64,000 nucleotides of DNA from an uncultured delta proteobacterium (GCA_963843145.1 CAWJJC010000020.1:128001-192000); one strand, 5' to 3'. Positions 8,662-19,986 are shown, counted from the stretch's first letter. The notes: a model not told the origin generated them from the sequence alone. Made by a program: numbers and translations.

Positions 8662-10266
8662 ATGAACCCTTCCAGCAGAAAAAAAAATCCGAGCGATCAA
8701 ACCTTAAGCCCGGCGGATCTGGCCCAGTTGAAGGCCGCGGGAATCACTCCGGCCCAGGTCCGGCGCCAGCTCGCCCTGTTCCGGAAGGCCGGCCACCACC
8801 GGAAACTCCACCGGCCCTGTACCCTCGGAGACGGCATCCACCGGATCTCCGCGGTTGCAGCCCGATCCCTGATCCCCCTGCAGGAGGAAGCCGCCGGGGC
8901 CGGGCGGTTTCTGAAATTCGTGCCCGCCTCGGGGGCCGCCAGCCGGATGCTCGAGTCCCTGCATTATTACCATTACCAGTCGGAAATGCCCCGGATCGAA
9001 CAGATACGGAAAAGGGCCGCGCGGGGAGGTCAAAGAGCCCGTATGGTCATTCGCTTTCTGGAAGAATGGGAGCGCTTTCCCTTCTCGGCTGAACTGAAAG
9101 AAAAACTCCTGGAAGAGGGCCTTCAGCTCGGCCATCTGACCAAAGGGGACCGCTGGCGCAAGGTACTGAACCTGCTGTTGACCGACCGGGGTTTGAATTA
9201 CCAGGTGCTGCCCAAGGCCCTGATGAAATTCCACCGCTACCCCGACGAATCCCGTTCCGCCATGGAGGAACACCTGATCGAAGCCGCTGCCACCATCCGC
9301 GACGAAAAGGGCCGCGCCTTTCTCCATTTCACCCTCTCCCCCGAACACGAGGCTCTTTTTCTGGAAACCCTAGCTTCGGTGAAGCCCAAACACGAGGAGC
9401 GCTCCGGCACCCGGTTTGAGATCAGCTATTCCCACCAGGACCGCTCGACCGACACCATTGCCGTGGACCTGGAAGGCCGGCCGCTGCGGGAACCCGACGG
9501 CCGCCTGCACCTGCGGCCCGGGGGGCACGGGGCGCTGCTGCTCAATCTGAACCGACTGCGTGGGGACTTGGTCTACCTGAAAAATATCGACAACGTGGTG
9601 CCCGATCACTTGAAGGGCAGCACCATCGAATGGAAGAAAATCTTGGGGGGGTACCTGATCCAGGCCCAGCGGCAGGTGTTCCGGCACCTGGATAAACTTC
9701 AGCAGAAACCCGGGGACCAAAGAGGACAGGAGGCGGCCCTGGATTTTCTCCAGCAAGCCCTCTCCATCTCCAAACCGGAAGGGTTCTGGAATTGGCCGGC
9801 GGAGAACCGCAGGGAATTCCTGCTGAAAAAATTAAACCGACCGCTGCGGGTCTGCGGCGTAGTGAAGAACCAGGGTGAGCCGGGTGGGGGTCCCTTCTGG
9901 GTAAGGGGGCGGGACGGCAGCCTGACGCTACAAATCGTGGAAAGCGCTCAGGTGGACCTGGAGTCCGACCAGCAGCATGAAATCTGGTCTCGGGCCACCC
10001 ATTTCAATCCGGTCGACCTGGTCTGCTCACTCCGGGACTATCAGGGAAAACCATTCGATTTAAGGCGCTACGTCGATCCCGAGGCCGTCTTCATCACCCG
10101 GAAATCCAAAGGCGGCCAGGCGCTGCAGGCCCTGGAACTGCCCGGCCTGTGGAACGGGGCCATGGCCGACTGGATCACCCTCTTCGTCGAAGTCCCCCTC
10201 GAAACCTTCAACCCGGTCAAGACCCTGATGGATCTCCTCCGCCCCGAACACCAGCCCGAATTTTAA
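8662..10266 (+). CDS. DUF4301 family protein (nucleotidyltransferase-like)
   Basis: KFVPASGAASRM, RPGGHGALL, KNIDNVV, GEPGGGPFW, ELPGLWNGAMA, TFNPVKT motifs. Confidence 0.88.
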   Translation: MNPSSRKKNPSDQTLSPADLAQLKAAGITPAQVRRQLALFRKAGHHRKLHRPCTLGDGIHRISAVAARSLIPLQEEAAGAGRFLKFVPASGAASRMLESLHYYHYQSEMPRIEQIRKRAARGGQRARMVIRFLEEWERFPFSAELKEKLLEEGLQLGHLTKGDRWRKVLNLLLTDRGLNYQVLPKALMKFHRYPDESRSAMEEHLIEAAATIRDEKGRAFLHFTLSPEHEALFLETLASVKPKHEERSGTRFEISYSHQDRSTDTIAVDLEGRPLREPDGRLHLRPGGHGALLLNLNRLRGDLVYLKNIDNVVPDHLKGSTIEWKKILGGYLIQAQRQVFRHLDKLQQKPGDQRGQEAALDFLQQALSISKPEGFWNWPAENRREFLLKKLNRPLRVCGVVKNQGEPGGGPFWVRGRDGSLTLQIVESAQVDLESDQQHEIWSRATHFNPVDLVCSLRDYQGKPFDLRRYVDPEAVFITRKSKGGQALQALELPGLWNGAMADWITLFVEVPLETFNPVKTLMDLLRPEHQPEF

Positions 10267-10295
10267 CCAAAAATAATTGATTGGCCAAGGGAAAG

Positions 10296-10415
10296 GTCGT
10301 AATTCCGGCGAAAGCCCTTCGGCTGGCTCAGGGCCATGAAGCTCTGTCGAATGGCCGGAATCCAGGACCGTTTATGCGGCCAATGCCCTGGATGCCGGAT
10401 CGAGTCCGGCAAGAC
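10296..10415. repeat. Composite REP-like element with a nested second repeat
   Basis: ATTCCGGCGAAAG[CCCTTCGGCTGGCTCAGGGCCATGAAGCTCTGTCGAATGG]CCGGAATCCAGG...CCTGGATGCCGGATCGAGTCCGGCAAGAC, between convergent genes. Confidence 0.7.
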
Positions 10416-10451
10416 AAATTAAATAAGGAAGGAAGGGTTGTCTAAGGTTTT

Positions 10452-11363
10452 TCATCGCCGGTCGAACCGGCAACTGCTCCCCTGGACCGCCTTGGCGTAT
10501 TTCTTCAGTTCCGAGGCTACTTCGGCCATCTGCCCGTAGTGGATAAATTTCTTGATCCGATTGTCGGTCACTCCGATGGACAGGCTGATCAAGGGGAAGG
10601 TCCGCTCCCGGCCCCGGCGGTCCCGGGCCAGAATCGCCCCCCGCTCCCGGTCCTCGGGATCATAAAAGGTGGGAATAATTTGTTTGAGATGATCGATAAT
10701 CTCTCCGGCGATCTCCTCCGCCAGGGCCGGTTCGACGATAAAAACAAAATCATCTCCCCCGATATGGCCCACAAAACTCTTTTGGGACTGTCTTTGCTTG
10801 ACGATGTTCAAAATAAGGCGGCCCAGCATCTTCAGGACCTCGTCTCCCCGGCTGAACCCGTAGGTGTCGTTGTACGGTTTGAAATAATCAATATCCGCGT
10901 AGGCCAGGGCGAATATGTCTCCCCGGTCCAGCCGGCTTTGAATCTGTTTGATAATGGTGATATTGCCGGGCAGACGGGTTAAGGGGCTGACTTCCATGTT
11001 GCGTTCCGCCCGCAGGATGGAGAGCCCCGCCCGGGCGGCCAAATCCGTTTCCAGAAGCGACCGCCGCAGGTAATCATCGCATTTCAGTTCTTCCCATCCC
11101 GTAATGAAGTAATCATCCCCCAGCACGGCCAGGACCGGGACCTGCCCGAAAATAGGATCTTCCTTCAGGTCGGAAAGCAGCCGGGCCACCAGAGGATCGC
11201 CGGGGCGCAAGTCGATCAGGATCAGGTCCGGCAGGGAATGATAGATGTAATCCAGGGAGGACTGGATCTGGTAAAAACAGACCAGTTTATAGGCCTCGCC
11301 CAGGTGCTTTTCGACCAGGCCGGCCAGGGTCTGATCCCCGGTAATATGCACGATGGTCTGCAT
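10452..11363 (-). CDS. Receiver-like + GGDEF diguanylate cyclase
   Basis: PDLILID receiver core; SPLTRLPGN, DIDYFKPYNDTYG, GHIGGDDF. Confidence 0.88.
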   Translation of the reverse strand: MQTIVHITGDQTLAGLVEKHLGEAYKLVCFYQIQSSLDYIYHSLPDLILIDLRPGDPLVARLLSDLKEDPIFGQVPVLAVLGDDYFITGWEELKCDDYLRRSLLETDLAARAGLSILRAERNMEVSPLTRLPGNITIIKQIQSRLDRGDIFALAYADIDYFKPYNDTYGFSRGDEVLKMLGRLILNIVKQRQSQKSFVGHIGGDDFVFIVEPALAEEIAGEIIDHLKQIIPTFYDPEDRERGAILARDRRGRERTFPLISLSIGVTDNRIKKFIHYGQMAEVASELKKYAKAVQGSSCRFDRR

Positions 11364-11369
11364 GGGGCT

Positions 11370-12203
11370 TTACTCCAGGGCTAAAAAGTCACCCGCCACA
11401 TCCAGGGAGTCGTCCAATTCCCTCAGGATGGCCCGGAGATCCTCTTCCGAGAGGTTGAGCAATTCCCAGGCCTGGGGATGGATGGCCGGGACAAAGGGGT
11501 CGCCGGCAAAACCGAATCCGCGGGCCCGCACCAGGATGTCCGACAAATGCACCACGGCAGTGGGTATCGGGACCTGCCGAGCCAAATGGGGTTTATGGTG
11601 GTACTCGATGATCTCGGTCAAGGCCGGTGGAAAATGCCATTTCAGCGCAATCCAGCCGCCGGCATCGGCGTGGTTGATCTCAAAAAATTCTTTTTCTCCC
11701 TGGAAGACGAATAACTCGCGCCGGGCTGCGTCTTCCAGGACCCGTTCATAATCCGCCGGGAACTTCAGGCTGAAGATGACCTTGCCGATATCGTGCAACA
11801 GGGCGGCTACCGCCACCTCATCGGGGTCTTTCAGCCCGATTTTCTGGCCGATAATCCGGGCGGCCGTGGCGCAACCCACCGAATGCTCCCAGAGCCCGGC
11901 CAGGGCCTTTTTCATCGCTTCAAACACCGACACCCCCAGCAGCAATCCGCGGATCAGATTCACCCCTAAAAGGACCAGGGACTGGTTGATCGAAGCGATC
12001 CGTCCCGGAAAGCCGTAAATGGGTGAATTTACCGCCCGCAAAACCCGGGTGGTCAGCACCGGATCGTTAGAGATAAAGTTGCCGATTTCTTTCAAGGAAA
12101 CCTTGGGGTTCTCAATGACCCGGAGCAGCTTGTGGAGGACACTGGGCAGGGTGGGCAGGGTCTCGATACTCTCAATTTCCCGACGTAAGGTTTTATAATC
12201 CAT
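11370..12203 (-). CDS. HDOD domain protein
   Basis: LPTLP, DPVLTTRVLRAVNS, LWEHS, LLHDIGK, NHADAG, EYHH. Confidence 0.9.
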   Translation of the reverse strand: MDYKTLRREIESIETLPTLPSVLHKLLRVIENPKVSLKEIGNFISNDPVLTTRVLRAVNSPIYGFPGRIASINQSLVLLGVNLIRGLLLGVSVFEAMKKALAGLWEHSVGCATAARIIGQKIGLKDPDEVAVAALLHDIGKVIFSLKFPADYERVLEDAARRELFVFQGEKEFFEINHADAGGWIALKWHFPPALTEIIEYHHKPHLARQVPIPTAVVHLSDILVRARGFGFAGDPFVPAIHPQAWELLNLSEEDLRAILRELDDSLDVAGDFLALE

Positions 12204-12501
12204 CGTCTTCGTACAATCCGGCGATATGGTCGGCCAGGATCCTTTTCAGTTCCACCATGTGAGGTTCTGTTTCGGTTTTTTGGAAACGATACTCCAATTC
12301 GGAAAGCAGGACTTCCAGCGACCGGGTGGGTAAGGTGCCGCCCCGCACAAAAACGCTTTCGATCTCCATTTTATGGAGCCGCTCGATCAGCTCCTCGGTT
12401 AATTCCAGTCCTTCGGTCAGCAAAACCATGCCGCTGGAGTTGGTCACCGCTTTCAAGAGCCGCATTCCGGGTTTAAGATCACTAATAATCCGCTTGGGCA
12501 A
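12193..12501 (-). CDS. Small hypothetical protein, first gene of the HDOD-GGDEF operon
   Basis: TTG start with AAGGAG RBS; ISDLKPGMRL...GMVLL..G..LT resembles the N-terminal module of HD-GYP proteins; overlaps the HDOD start. Confidence 0.75.
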   Translation of the reverse strand: MPKRIISDLKPGMRLLKAVTNSSGMVLLTEGLELTEELIERLHKMEIESVFVRGGTLPTRSLEVLLSELEYRFQKTETEPHMVELKRILADHIAGLYEDDGL

Positions 12502-12593
12502 TTTTCGTGCTCCTTAATGTAAAAATAGAAATATACCATTTTTTTGAATCAATTGGAACGCCTTTCCCTAAATCAACCTGCTTCAGACAATCT

Positions 12594-12621
12594 TTGACAT
12601 CCCACGGGTATTTGTTATGAT
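12594..12621 (+). promoter_or_regulatory. Sigma70 promoter of the MFS gene
   Basis: TTGACA-16 nt-TATGAT with TGn extension. Confidence 0.55.
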
Positions 12622-12649
12622 GGCCGATCGTTCCAGACAGGAACCCTTC

Positions 12650-13895
12650 ATGCCCCTTCACTATTATCATCGAGTCTGGCTGGTCCTGATCTTCGGTTGG
12701 ATCAGTAATTATATGGTCCGGGTGGCCCTTTCGCCGGTGCTCCTCCCGCTGATGAAAGAATTTTCGTTGAGTTACGCCCAAGCCGGCCTTTTGGCCAGCG
12801 CGGTGTTTTACTCTTACGCCCTGATGCAGTTCCCGGCCGGCTATCTGGGCGACCGTTTCGGAAAAAAACGCATCCTCATCCTCTGCATCTTGGGGTGGGG
12901 ACTCTCGTCCCTGGCCATGGCGGCGGCGGCCTCCTTCGCCGCCCTGGTCCTGGTCCGTTTTCTGACCGGACTGGCCCAGGGGACCTACTTCAGCAACGAC
13001 CGGCCGATTATCGCCTACTACACTCCCAAGGAAAAGGCCGGGATCGGCCAGGGCATCTCTTTTATGGGGTTGGGCCTGGGAATGTGTCTTGGAATCCTGT
13101 TGGCCGGCTGGATTTCAGACCATTGGGGCTGGCGAGCCGTATTTCTTATTTTTTCCCTGCCCTCCCTGGCGGCCGCTTATTCCCTTTTCCGGGTGATTCG
13201 GGAACCACCCCGGGAAGCGATTGTTTCCGGAAAACCCAAGGGACCGTCCCTTTCCTGGATCTTTAGACACCGGGACCTGTGGCTGCTCTACCTGGGCGGC
13301 ATCCCGGGCATCTACGCCCTCTGGATGATCGGAACCTGGGCCCCGGCTATGTTGAAGGAGATCGGCGTTCGGACCGTGACCGGCGCTTCCCTTTACGCCA
13401 GCCTTTTAGGCCTGTCCGCCATCCCGGGTCTGGCCCTGACCGGCTGGCTCAGCGACCGTCTGGTTCGCCGAGGGAAGGGGCCGCAAAGGGCTGATCGCCT
13501 CGGAATTCCTGATGATCGCCCTGCTGCTGCTCATCTTCGGCCTGGGTATCCGGGGGCGCTGGGAGGCCTGGATCATGGGCGGACTGATTTTTATTATCGG
13601 GATGGTCGTTTGGGGCCATTGGGCGGCTTATTATTCCCTGATCTCGGAATTGGTCCCCCAATCTATCTTAGGGACGGTTTTCGGCTTCACCAATTCCATC
13701 CATTTCATCGGCGGCCTGCTGGCCCCCTGGCTCACCGGGTGGATCAAGGATGCCACCCACTCTTTTGCCTCCGCCTGCTATGGAGCCGCGGTCTTCGCCT
13801 TTATGGGGGCGTTGATCCTCTTTTCGGTCCGGCCTGCTTTTCGCTGGAAGCCGGAGATTCCGCTAAGTGGTTCATTCCACGAGGATAGCGGTTGA
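12650..13895 (+). CDS. MFS transporter, apparent +1 frameshift at GGGG 13477-13480
   Basis: GYLGDRFGKK motif A; the two ORFs 12617..13888 and 13512..13895 join as LSDRLVRRGKGRKGLIASEFLMIALL if one G is removed. Confidence 0.85.
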
Positions 13896-13939
13896 TTACC
13901 TCGCAAACAGTCCATCAGAGAAGGCTTGCCATTTTTTCA

Positions 13940-13967
13940 TTGACATTTTTCTTCAGTCCGCTAACAT
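13940..13967 (+). promoter_or_regulatory. Promoter of the cobalamin operon
   Basis: TTGACA-16 nt-TAACAT just upstream of the riboswitch. Confidence 0.5.
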
Positions 13968-13980
13968 TATTATCGGCAAT

Positions 13981-14136
13981 CTGGGGTAGTTCGCTAGAAC
14001 TTTAAAAGGGAAGATGGTGTAATTCCATCACGGACCCGCCGCTGTGACCGGGGACGAAAGCCGCAAGAGCCACTGTTCGTTACGGACGGGAAGGCGCGGC
14101 CGGTAGAGAGATCCGGAAGTCAGAAGACCTGCCCAG
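13981..14136 (+). ncRNA. Cobalamin riboswitch
   Basis: AAAAGGGAAGATGGTGTAATTCCATCAC, CCCGCCGCTGTGA, GCCACTG, GGGAAGGC, and B12 box AGTCAGAAGACCTGCC. Confidence 0.95.
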
Positions 14137-14199
14137 CAGAATCTGGAATTTTACCCTCGCGGATATAGGGTTGCCTTTTGGGAGGATAGAAAACGGTAT

Positions 14200-14243
14200 C
14201 CCCGAAACCATTGGATTGGTTTCGGGGTTTTTTGTTTTATTTT
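14200..14243 (+). terminator. Intrinsic terminator, likely the riboswitch expression platform
   Basis: CCCCGAAACCA TTGGAT TGGTTTCGGGG followed by a T tract, upstream of the first gene. Confidence 0.85.
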
Positions 14244-14300
14244 CTTCGAAAATAAAATCAAGTTTCGCTTCAAGGTTAGCCCGAGCATTTGCTCATTTTA

Positions 14301-14329
14301 GTCATGCCGGACTCGATCCGGCATCCAGG
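14301..14329. repeat. REP-like palindrome
   Basis: GTCATGCCGGACTCGATCCGGCATCCAGG, inverted near-copy of 10387-10415. Confidence 0.7.
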
Positions 14330-14372
14330 AAACGGGGAAATCAGAACCCTAATAACAAGGAAGCCAGACAAA

Positions 14373-16955
14373 ATGTCAGACAACAACTTTGGACATGGCG
14401 GCTATATCAATCGGTTAGCCCGACAAGCCGGGCTCAGGCCCGACCAGGTGCTTGATTTTTCAGCGAATATCAATCCCCTGGGACCGCCGGAATGGTTCCG
14501 CTCGCTGATTAGTTCCCAATTAAGCTCCCTGGTCCATTATCCGGACCCGGAATGCTCCCCCCTGGTCGAAGCCATCGCCAAGCATTACCGGACTGACTCC
14601 CGGGAAATCGTGGTGGGGAACGGGTCCTCCGAACTGTTGTATCTGCTTCCCCGGGCCCTGCCTGTTACTAAAGCCCTGATCGCGGTTCCCGCCTATAGCG
14701 ATTATGCCCGGGCCGCTCAAATCGCCGGCCTGCCTATTGTCTGGCACCATTTAAAAGAATCCGCGGGGTTCAGACTGGACCCGAGTCAACTGGAGGACCA
14801 AATCTCCGAAGGAGGACTGGTCATCCTCGGCCAGCCCAACAACCCGACCGGCTTGACCTTCGATCCCCTGGCCTTACGGGCCTTGGCCGCCCGGCATCCC
14901 CAGACCTGTTTCCTGGTCGACGAGGCCTTTGCCGATTTCGTAGAAGGCCTGGACAGCCTGGCCCGGAATCGCCCTCCCAATGTGATCGTCCTCCTTTCCT
15001 TCACCAAATTCTACGCCGTCCCGGGCTTGCGATTGGGCAGCGCCCTCCTGGCGCCGGACTGGGCCCGAAAAATCCAGGAATTACGCCCACCCTGGACCGT
15101 CAATACCCTGGCCCAGCAATTCGGGGCGGACGCCCTGAGGGACCTGGAATATGAAGAGGCCAGCCGGGCCTATGTCCAGGAACAGCGTCTTCTTTTATTC
15201 CGAGCCCTCACGGCCATCCCTTATTTGACCGTTTATCCCGGTGAGGCCAATTTTCTTTTCCTGCGTTCCGACCATCCGAAGCTAAAAGCCCCCGAATTGG
15301 CCCGCAAGCTGCTAACCGCAGGGATCGCCATTCGGGTTTGCGCCAATTACCAGAGTTTGGATGACCGCTATTTCCGGGTGGCGGTGCGAACGGAGGCCGA
15401 AAATCAGCGGCTGGCTGACGCCCTGAAAGCCGTTCTAGCCAATACCAAAGCCCCCCGGCTAAAACGCCCCAAAACACCGGCCCTTATGTTTCAGGGGACC
15501 AGTTCCAACGCCGGCAAGAGCGTGTTGACCGCGGCGCTGTGCCGGATACTCCTTCAGGACGGTTTTCGGGTGGCGCCTTTCAAGGCCCAGAATATGTCGC
15601 TCAACTCCTTTGTCACCCCTGACGGCGGGGAGATGGGCCGGGCCCAGGTGGTTCAGGCTCAGGCCAGCCGACTGGACCCGGACGTGCGCATGAATCCGGT
15701 GCTGCTCAAACCCAGCAGCGACACCGGCGCCCAGGTAATCGTCCACGGCCGGCCGGTGGGTAATATGGACGTGAACCAATATATCGCTTACAAGCCCCAG
15801 GCCCTGATCCGGGTCCAGGAGGCCTATGATTCCCTGGCCGGGGAATTCGAGGTCATCGTCCTGGAAGGGGCCGGCAGTCCGGCCGAAGTCAATTTAAAAC
15901 ACCACGATATCGTCAATATGCGCATGGCCGATTACGCCGGCGCCCCGGTCCTGCTGGTGGGCGATATCGACCGGGGCGGGGTCTTTGCCTCTTTTATCGG
16001 GACCATGGAAGTTCTGGCCGAATGGGAACGCCGGCTGGTGGCCGGGTTTATCGTCAATCGTTTCCGGGGCCAGGAAAAACTGCTGGAACCGGCTTTTCAG
16101 TACACGGAGCGGCATACCGGCCGACCGGTTTTGGGGACCGTGCCTTATTTGAAAGATCATGGCCTGCCGGAAGAAGATTCAGTCAGTTTCAAGAGCGGCC
16201 AATGGGACCAGACGCTGGGGTCGGAAGCCGGGGTGGAGATCGCCCTGATCGATCTGCCGCATATTTCCAATTTCACGGACTTTGACTCCCTGCGGGTTGA
16301 ACCGGATGTGACCCTGCGCGTCGTCCGCGGCGCGCAGGACTTGAATTGTCCGGACGCGGTGATCATCCCGGGCAGCAAAAACGTTATCGGCGACCTGATC
16401 TATTTACAGGAAAGCGGCCTGGGACAGCGCTTGAACCAAATGGCCCGGGAAGGCCGAACGGAGATGGTGGGGGTTTGCGGCGGTTTTCAGATATTAGGCC
16501 GGGAGATCGCCGATCCTTACGGAATCGAATCCGAGGGCCGCTCTCTCCGGGGATTGGGGCTGCTGCCGGTGACCACGGTCCTCGAACAGGAGAAAACGCT
16601 GGTTCGGGTCCGGGCCAAACACCTGCCCTCCGGGCATGATCTGTACGGCTATGAAATCCATCACGGCCGGACCGACGGCCAGGGACTGCAGCCCGTCGTC
16701 CGCCGGGAAGACGGCGAAGTGATCGGGATCGGTCTGGATCAGGAACGGATTTGGGGGACCTATCTCCACGGGCTATTCGATGCCGACGCCTTCCGCCGCT
16801 GGTTCATCGACCGCCTGCGGGCGCGCCGGGGCCTTCCGGTGGACGGACGGATACGGGCCGTTTACAACCTGGAATCGGCCCTGGACCGGCTGGCGGAGAC
16901 GGTCCGCCGGAGCTTGCGGATGGATGCGATCTATCAGCTGATGGGACTGAAATAA
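14373..16955 (+). CDS. cobQ: Fused L-threonine-O-3-phosphate decarboxylase (CobD) / cobyric acid synthase (CobQ/CbiP)
   Basis: N-terminal [27 protein letters not shown] (PLP); C-terminal [39 protein letters not shown]. Confidence 0.93.
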   Translation: MSDNNFGHGGYINRLARQAGLRPDQVLDFSANINPLGPPEWFRSLISSQLSSLVHYPDPECSPLVEAIAKHYRTDSREIVVGNGSSELLYLLPRALPVTKALIAVPAYSDYARAAQIAGLPIVWHHLKESAGFRLDPSQLEDQISEGGLVILGQPNNPTGLTFDPLALRALAARHPQTCFLVDEAFADFVEGLDSLARNRPPNVIVLLSFTKFYAVPGLRLGSALLAPDWARKIQELRPPWTVNTLAQQFGADALRDLEYEEASRAYVQEQRLLLFRALTAIPYLTVYPGEANFLFLRSDHPKLKAPELARKLLTAGIAIRVCANYQSLDDRYFRVAVRTEAENQRLADALKAVLANTKAPRLKRPKTPALMFQGTSSNAGKSVLTAALCRILLQDGFRVAPFKAQNMSLNSFVTPDGGEMGRAQVVQAQASRLDPDVRMNPVLLKPSSDTGAQVIVHGRPVGNMDVNQYIAYKPQALIRVQEAYDSLAGEFEVIVLEGAGSPAEVNLKHHDIVNMRMADYAGAPVLLVGDIDRGGVFASFIGTMEVLAEWERRLVAGFIVNRFRGQEKLLEPAFQYTERHTGRPVLGTVPYLKDHGLPEEDSVSFKSGQWDQTLGSEAGVEIALIDLPHISNFTDFDSLRVEPDVTLRVVRGAQDLNCPDAVIIPGSKNVIGDLIYLQESGLGQRLNQMAREGRTEMVGVCGGFQILGREIADPYGIESEGRSLRGLGLLPVTTVLEQEKTLVRVRAKHLPSGHDLYGYEIHHGRTDGQGLQPVVRREDGEVIGIGLDQERIWGTYLHGLFDADAFRRWFIDRLRARRGLPVDGRIRAVYNLESALDRLAETVRRSLRMDAIYQLMGLK

Positions 16956-16981
16956 AGCCAACCCCGGATAAAAGAATGGCT

Positions 16982-17118
16982 AAATTCGAAACTCGAAGCA
17001 CGAAATTCGAAACAAGCACGAATGTCCAAAATACAAAGGTTCAAAACAGGACCGTTTTGGATTTTGATATTCGGTCATTTGAATTTGTTTCGGATTTCGG
17101 ATTTCGGATTTCGGATTT
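16982..17118. repeat. Heptamer-armed hairpin element E1 (137 bp)
   Basis: AAATTCG AAACTCG AAGCACG AAATTCG AAACAAGCACG... core ...TTTGTTT CGGATTT x4. Confidence 0.9.
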
Positions 17119-17153
17119 TTACCCTAAACGAATTTGGAACCGTTAATTCTGGC

Positions 17154-17684
17154 ATGAATAATATTCACGGACGTCTGCTCATTTTCACCGGGGACGGCAA
17201 GGGTAAGACTACCGCCGCCCTGGGGATGGCCTTGCGGGCCGTGGGCCACGGGCAGGGGGTTTTGATCCTGCAGTTTATCAAGGCCAATACTTATAGCGGC
17301 GAATTGACGGCCCTGAAAAATCTTCCCGGGATAGAACTCCTTCAAATGGGCCGGGGTTTCCTGGTCCCGCCGGAAGACCCCCGGTTTGACGAACACCGCC
17401 GGGCCGCGGAAGAGGCGCTGAAAAAAGCGGTGGAAATTTTGGAAGCCGGGAGGCATCGGTTGATCATTTTGGATGAGGTCTGCACGGCAGTTAAAAAAAA
17501 CCTGCTGACAGAAGAAGAGGTGATGGCGGCGGTCTCCCGGAGAAAGGGAAACGCGGTTTTGGTTCTCACCGGGCGAGGGGCCGGTCCCGGCTTGACGGCC
17601 CTGGCCGACACCGTGACCGAAATGCGCAGTCTCAAGCATGGACTTACCGCCGGCTGGAAGGCCCAGGAAGGGGTTGAATTTTGA
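17154..17684 (+). CDS. cobO: Cob(I)yrinic acid a,c-diamide adenosyltransferase
   Basis: FTGDGKGKTTAALG, QFIK, ILDE, VLTGR, ADTVTEM. Confidence 0.92.
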   Translation: MNNIHGRLLIFTGDGKGKTTAALGMALRAVGHGQGVLILQFIKANTYSGELTALKNLPGIELLQMGRGFLVPPEDPRFDEHRRAAEEALKKAVEILEAGRHRLIILDEVCTAVKKNLLTEEEVMAAVSRRKGNAVLVLTGRGAGPGLTALADTVTEMRSLKHGLTAGWKAQEGVEF

Positions 17685-19072
17685 CCTGTTCCATCCCCCG
17701 GATCGTTGTGGCCGGCACCCAGAGCGGGGTTGGAAAAACCTCCCTGACCCTGGCCCTGGTGGCGGCCCTCAGCCAGCGAGGGCTGCGGGTTCAGACCTTC
17801 AAAGTCGGTCCTGATTTTCTGGACCCCTCTTATCTGACCATCGCCTCGGGAAGACCCTGTTATAACCTGGACGGCTGGATGACCGATCAGGTCTATCTCC
17901 TCCGGCTTTTCGAGCGGACCACCCGGAACGCCGATCTGGCCGTGGTAGAAGGAGTCATGGGCCTCTTTGACGGAGCCGACCCGGCCACCTCGGAAGGGAG
18001 CACCGCCGAGATCGCCCGCTGGCTGCAAGCGCCGGTGCTGCTGGTGGTCAATGCCCACGGGATGGCCCGCAGCATCGCCGCTCTGGTCAAGGGGTACGAA
18101 GAGTTCGATCCCGAACTCCGGATAGCCGGGGTGCTGGCCAATTATTCCGGCACCGACCGCCACCGGGAATGGATCAGCGCCTCCCTGGCCTCGGCCTCCC
18201 TGCCTCCTTTGCTGGGGGCCATTCCCCGGGGGGCCTTCCCCAATCTTCCCAGCCGTCACCTGGGTCTGGTGACCGCCGACCGGCACAACCTGTCCGCCAC
18301 CATCCTGGATGAACTGGCGGCCGTCGTGGACCGGCAGACGCGCTTGGAGCAAATTCTGGACGCGGCCCGCCAGGCCCCGGCCCTGTCTTTCCCCGCACCG
18401 CCGCCCGAAATCCCGCCTCCCTTCGAAGCGGTGCCCATCGGGATAGCCCGGGACCAGGCCTTTCACTTTTACTATCAGGATAATCTGGATGAATTGACTC
18501 GGCAGGGAGCCGCCCTGATCCCCTGCTCTCCCCTGGCCGATGAACACTTGCCTTCCGGTTTAAAAGCCTTATACTTTGGAGGTGGCTATCCCGAAGAATA
18601 TGCCCAAGCCCTGTCCGCTAATCGGCCTTTTCTCGAGGATATCCGTCGGTGGGCTGAATCCGGCCGCCCCCTTTATGCCGAATGCGGCGGCTTGATGTAT
18701 CTCACCCAGGGGATAGAGACCCGGGACGGGAAGAAATACCCCCTGGCCGGGCTTCTGCCGGCCTGGACCCGGATGTTGGAACGTTTAAAAACCTTGGGTT
18801 ATGTGGAAGTCTCCCTGGCCCGGGACACCCTCTTGGGCGGGAAGGGGGCTATTCTCAGGGGTCACGAATTTCATTACTCGGAACTACTGGAAGACCCGAC
18901 CCGTGACGGAGCATGGGCGGCGGCCTATCACCTGAAACGACGGCGTTCGATGGCCGGGGAACTGGAAGGCTTCCAGCACCGGCAAACGTTAGCCAGTTAT
19001 GTCCACCTGCACTGGGCCTCCCGCCCGGAAGCCGTTACGACCTTTATCCACCATTGCGGAGTTGCTTTATGA
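17681..19072 (+). CDS. cbiA: Cobyrinate a,c-diamide synthase
   Basis: GTQSGVGKT, FKVGPDFLDP, EGVMGLFDG, ECGGLMYL, GHEFHYS. Confidence 0.95.
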   Translation: MTCSIPRIVVAGTQSGVGKTSLTLALVAALSQRGLRVQTFKVGPDFLDPSYLTIASGRPCYNLDGWMTDQVYLLRLFERTTRNADLAVVEGVMGLFDGADPATSEGSTAEIARWLQAPVLLVVNAHGMARSIAALVKGYEEFDPELRIAGVLANYSGTDRHREWISASLASASLPPLLGAIPRGAFPNLPSRHLGLVTADRHNLSATILDELAAVVDRQTRLEQILDAARQAPALSFPAPPPEIPPPFEAVPIGIARDQAFHFYYQDNLDELTRQGAALIPCSPLADEHLPSGLKALYFGGGYPEEYAQALSANRPFLEDIRRWAESGRPLYAECGGLMYLTQGIETRDGKKYPLAGLLPAWTRMLERLKTLGYVEVSLARDTLLGGKGAILRGHEFHYSELLEDPTRDGAWAAAYHLKRRRSMAGELEGFQHRQTLASYVHLHWASRPEAVTTFIHHCGVAL

Positions 19073-19791
19073 CTTTAATCCAACCCAGCGATAATTCAAA
19101 AGCCAAGGATCAACGCATCCCGGTGATCCGTGATTTTTTGGCCGCCCCCTTCAACGGGGAAGAAATCGAGGCTCGGTCTTTTGCCGTGATCGACCGGGAA
19201 GCCCCTGAACACCCCTTCAGCCCCGGCGAATGGGAAGTGGTCCGGCGCATGATCCACACCGTCGGCGATTTTTCCATTATTCCCGACATCCGCTTTTCTC
19301 CGGGAGCCCTGGAGGCGGCTGTTTCGGCCCTGCGGGAGGGTCGCCTGATTTACTGCGATTCCAATATGATCCGTTCCGGTCTGTCTCTGGCTCGGTTGCG
19401 CCGGGTCAATCCCGGCTATGGACCGGAAAAAATTGTCTGCTATGTGGCGGATGAAGCGGTGGCCCGCGATTCCAAAGAATTGGGATTGCCCCGTTCCCTG
19501 TTGGGCATTCGGAAAGCCCGGCCCCTGTTGGAAGGGGCCATTGCGGTATTCGGCAATGCCCCCATCGCTCTGCTGGAATTGAATCGGATGATGGTGGAGG
19601 AAGGCCTGAAACCGGCCCTGGTCATCGGAATGCCGGTGGGTTTTGTTCATGTGGAGGAGAGCAAGCAGGAACTGCTGACGCTTCCGGTACCCTTCATTGC
19701 CCTGGTCGGGAGGCGCGGTGGAAGCCCGCTGGCGGTCAGCGTCGTGCATGCCCTCTGCACCCTGGCATTCAAGGAAGCCAAGGAGGGATAG
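19069..19791 (+). CDS. cbiC: Cobalt-precorrin-8 methylmutase
   Basis: IEARSFAVID, RRMIH, GNAPIAL, GMPVGFV, GRRGGS. Confidence 0.93.
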   Translation: MTLIQPSDNSKAKDQRIPVIRDFLAAPFNGEEIEARSFAVIDREAPEHPFSPGEWEVVRRMIHTVGDFSIIPDIRFSPGALEAAVSALREGRLIYCDSNMIRSGLSLARLRRVNPGYGPEKIVCYVADEAVARDSKELGLPRSLLGIRKARPLLEGAIAVFGNAPIALLELNRMMVEEGLKPALVIGMPVGFVHVEESKQELLTLPVPFIALVGRRGGSPLAVSVVHALCTLAFKEAKEG

Positions 19792-19849
19792 ATTTCTCCT
19801 TTCGCAGGGCTTATGGTTTGTTTCAAATATTGGAACCGGCGGGATCTTT

Positions 19850-19986
19850 AAATTCGAAATCCGAATATCGAAATCCGAAACAAGCACGAAGGTCCAAAAT
19901 TCAAATGATCAAAACAAAAATATTTCGGATTTTGAGATTTGATCATTTGAATTTGTTTCGGATTTCGTGCTTCGAATTTCGAATTT
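19850..19986. repeat. Heptamer-armed hairpin element E2 (137 bp)
   Basis: AAATTCG AAATCCG AATATCG AAATCCG AAACAAGCACG... ...CGGATTT CGTGCTT CGAATTT CGAATTT. Confidence 0.9.

Noticed and set aside
17022-17153. N-terminal extensions of cobO, and similarly cbiF (26032) and cobQ (14289), in the ORF track
   Set aside because: They are translations of repeat elements; homology begins at the downstream ATGs.
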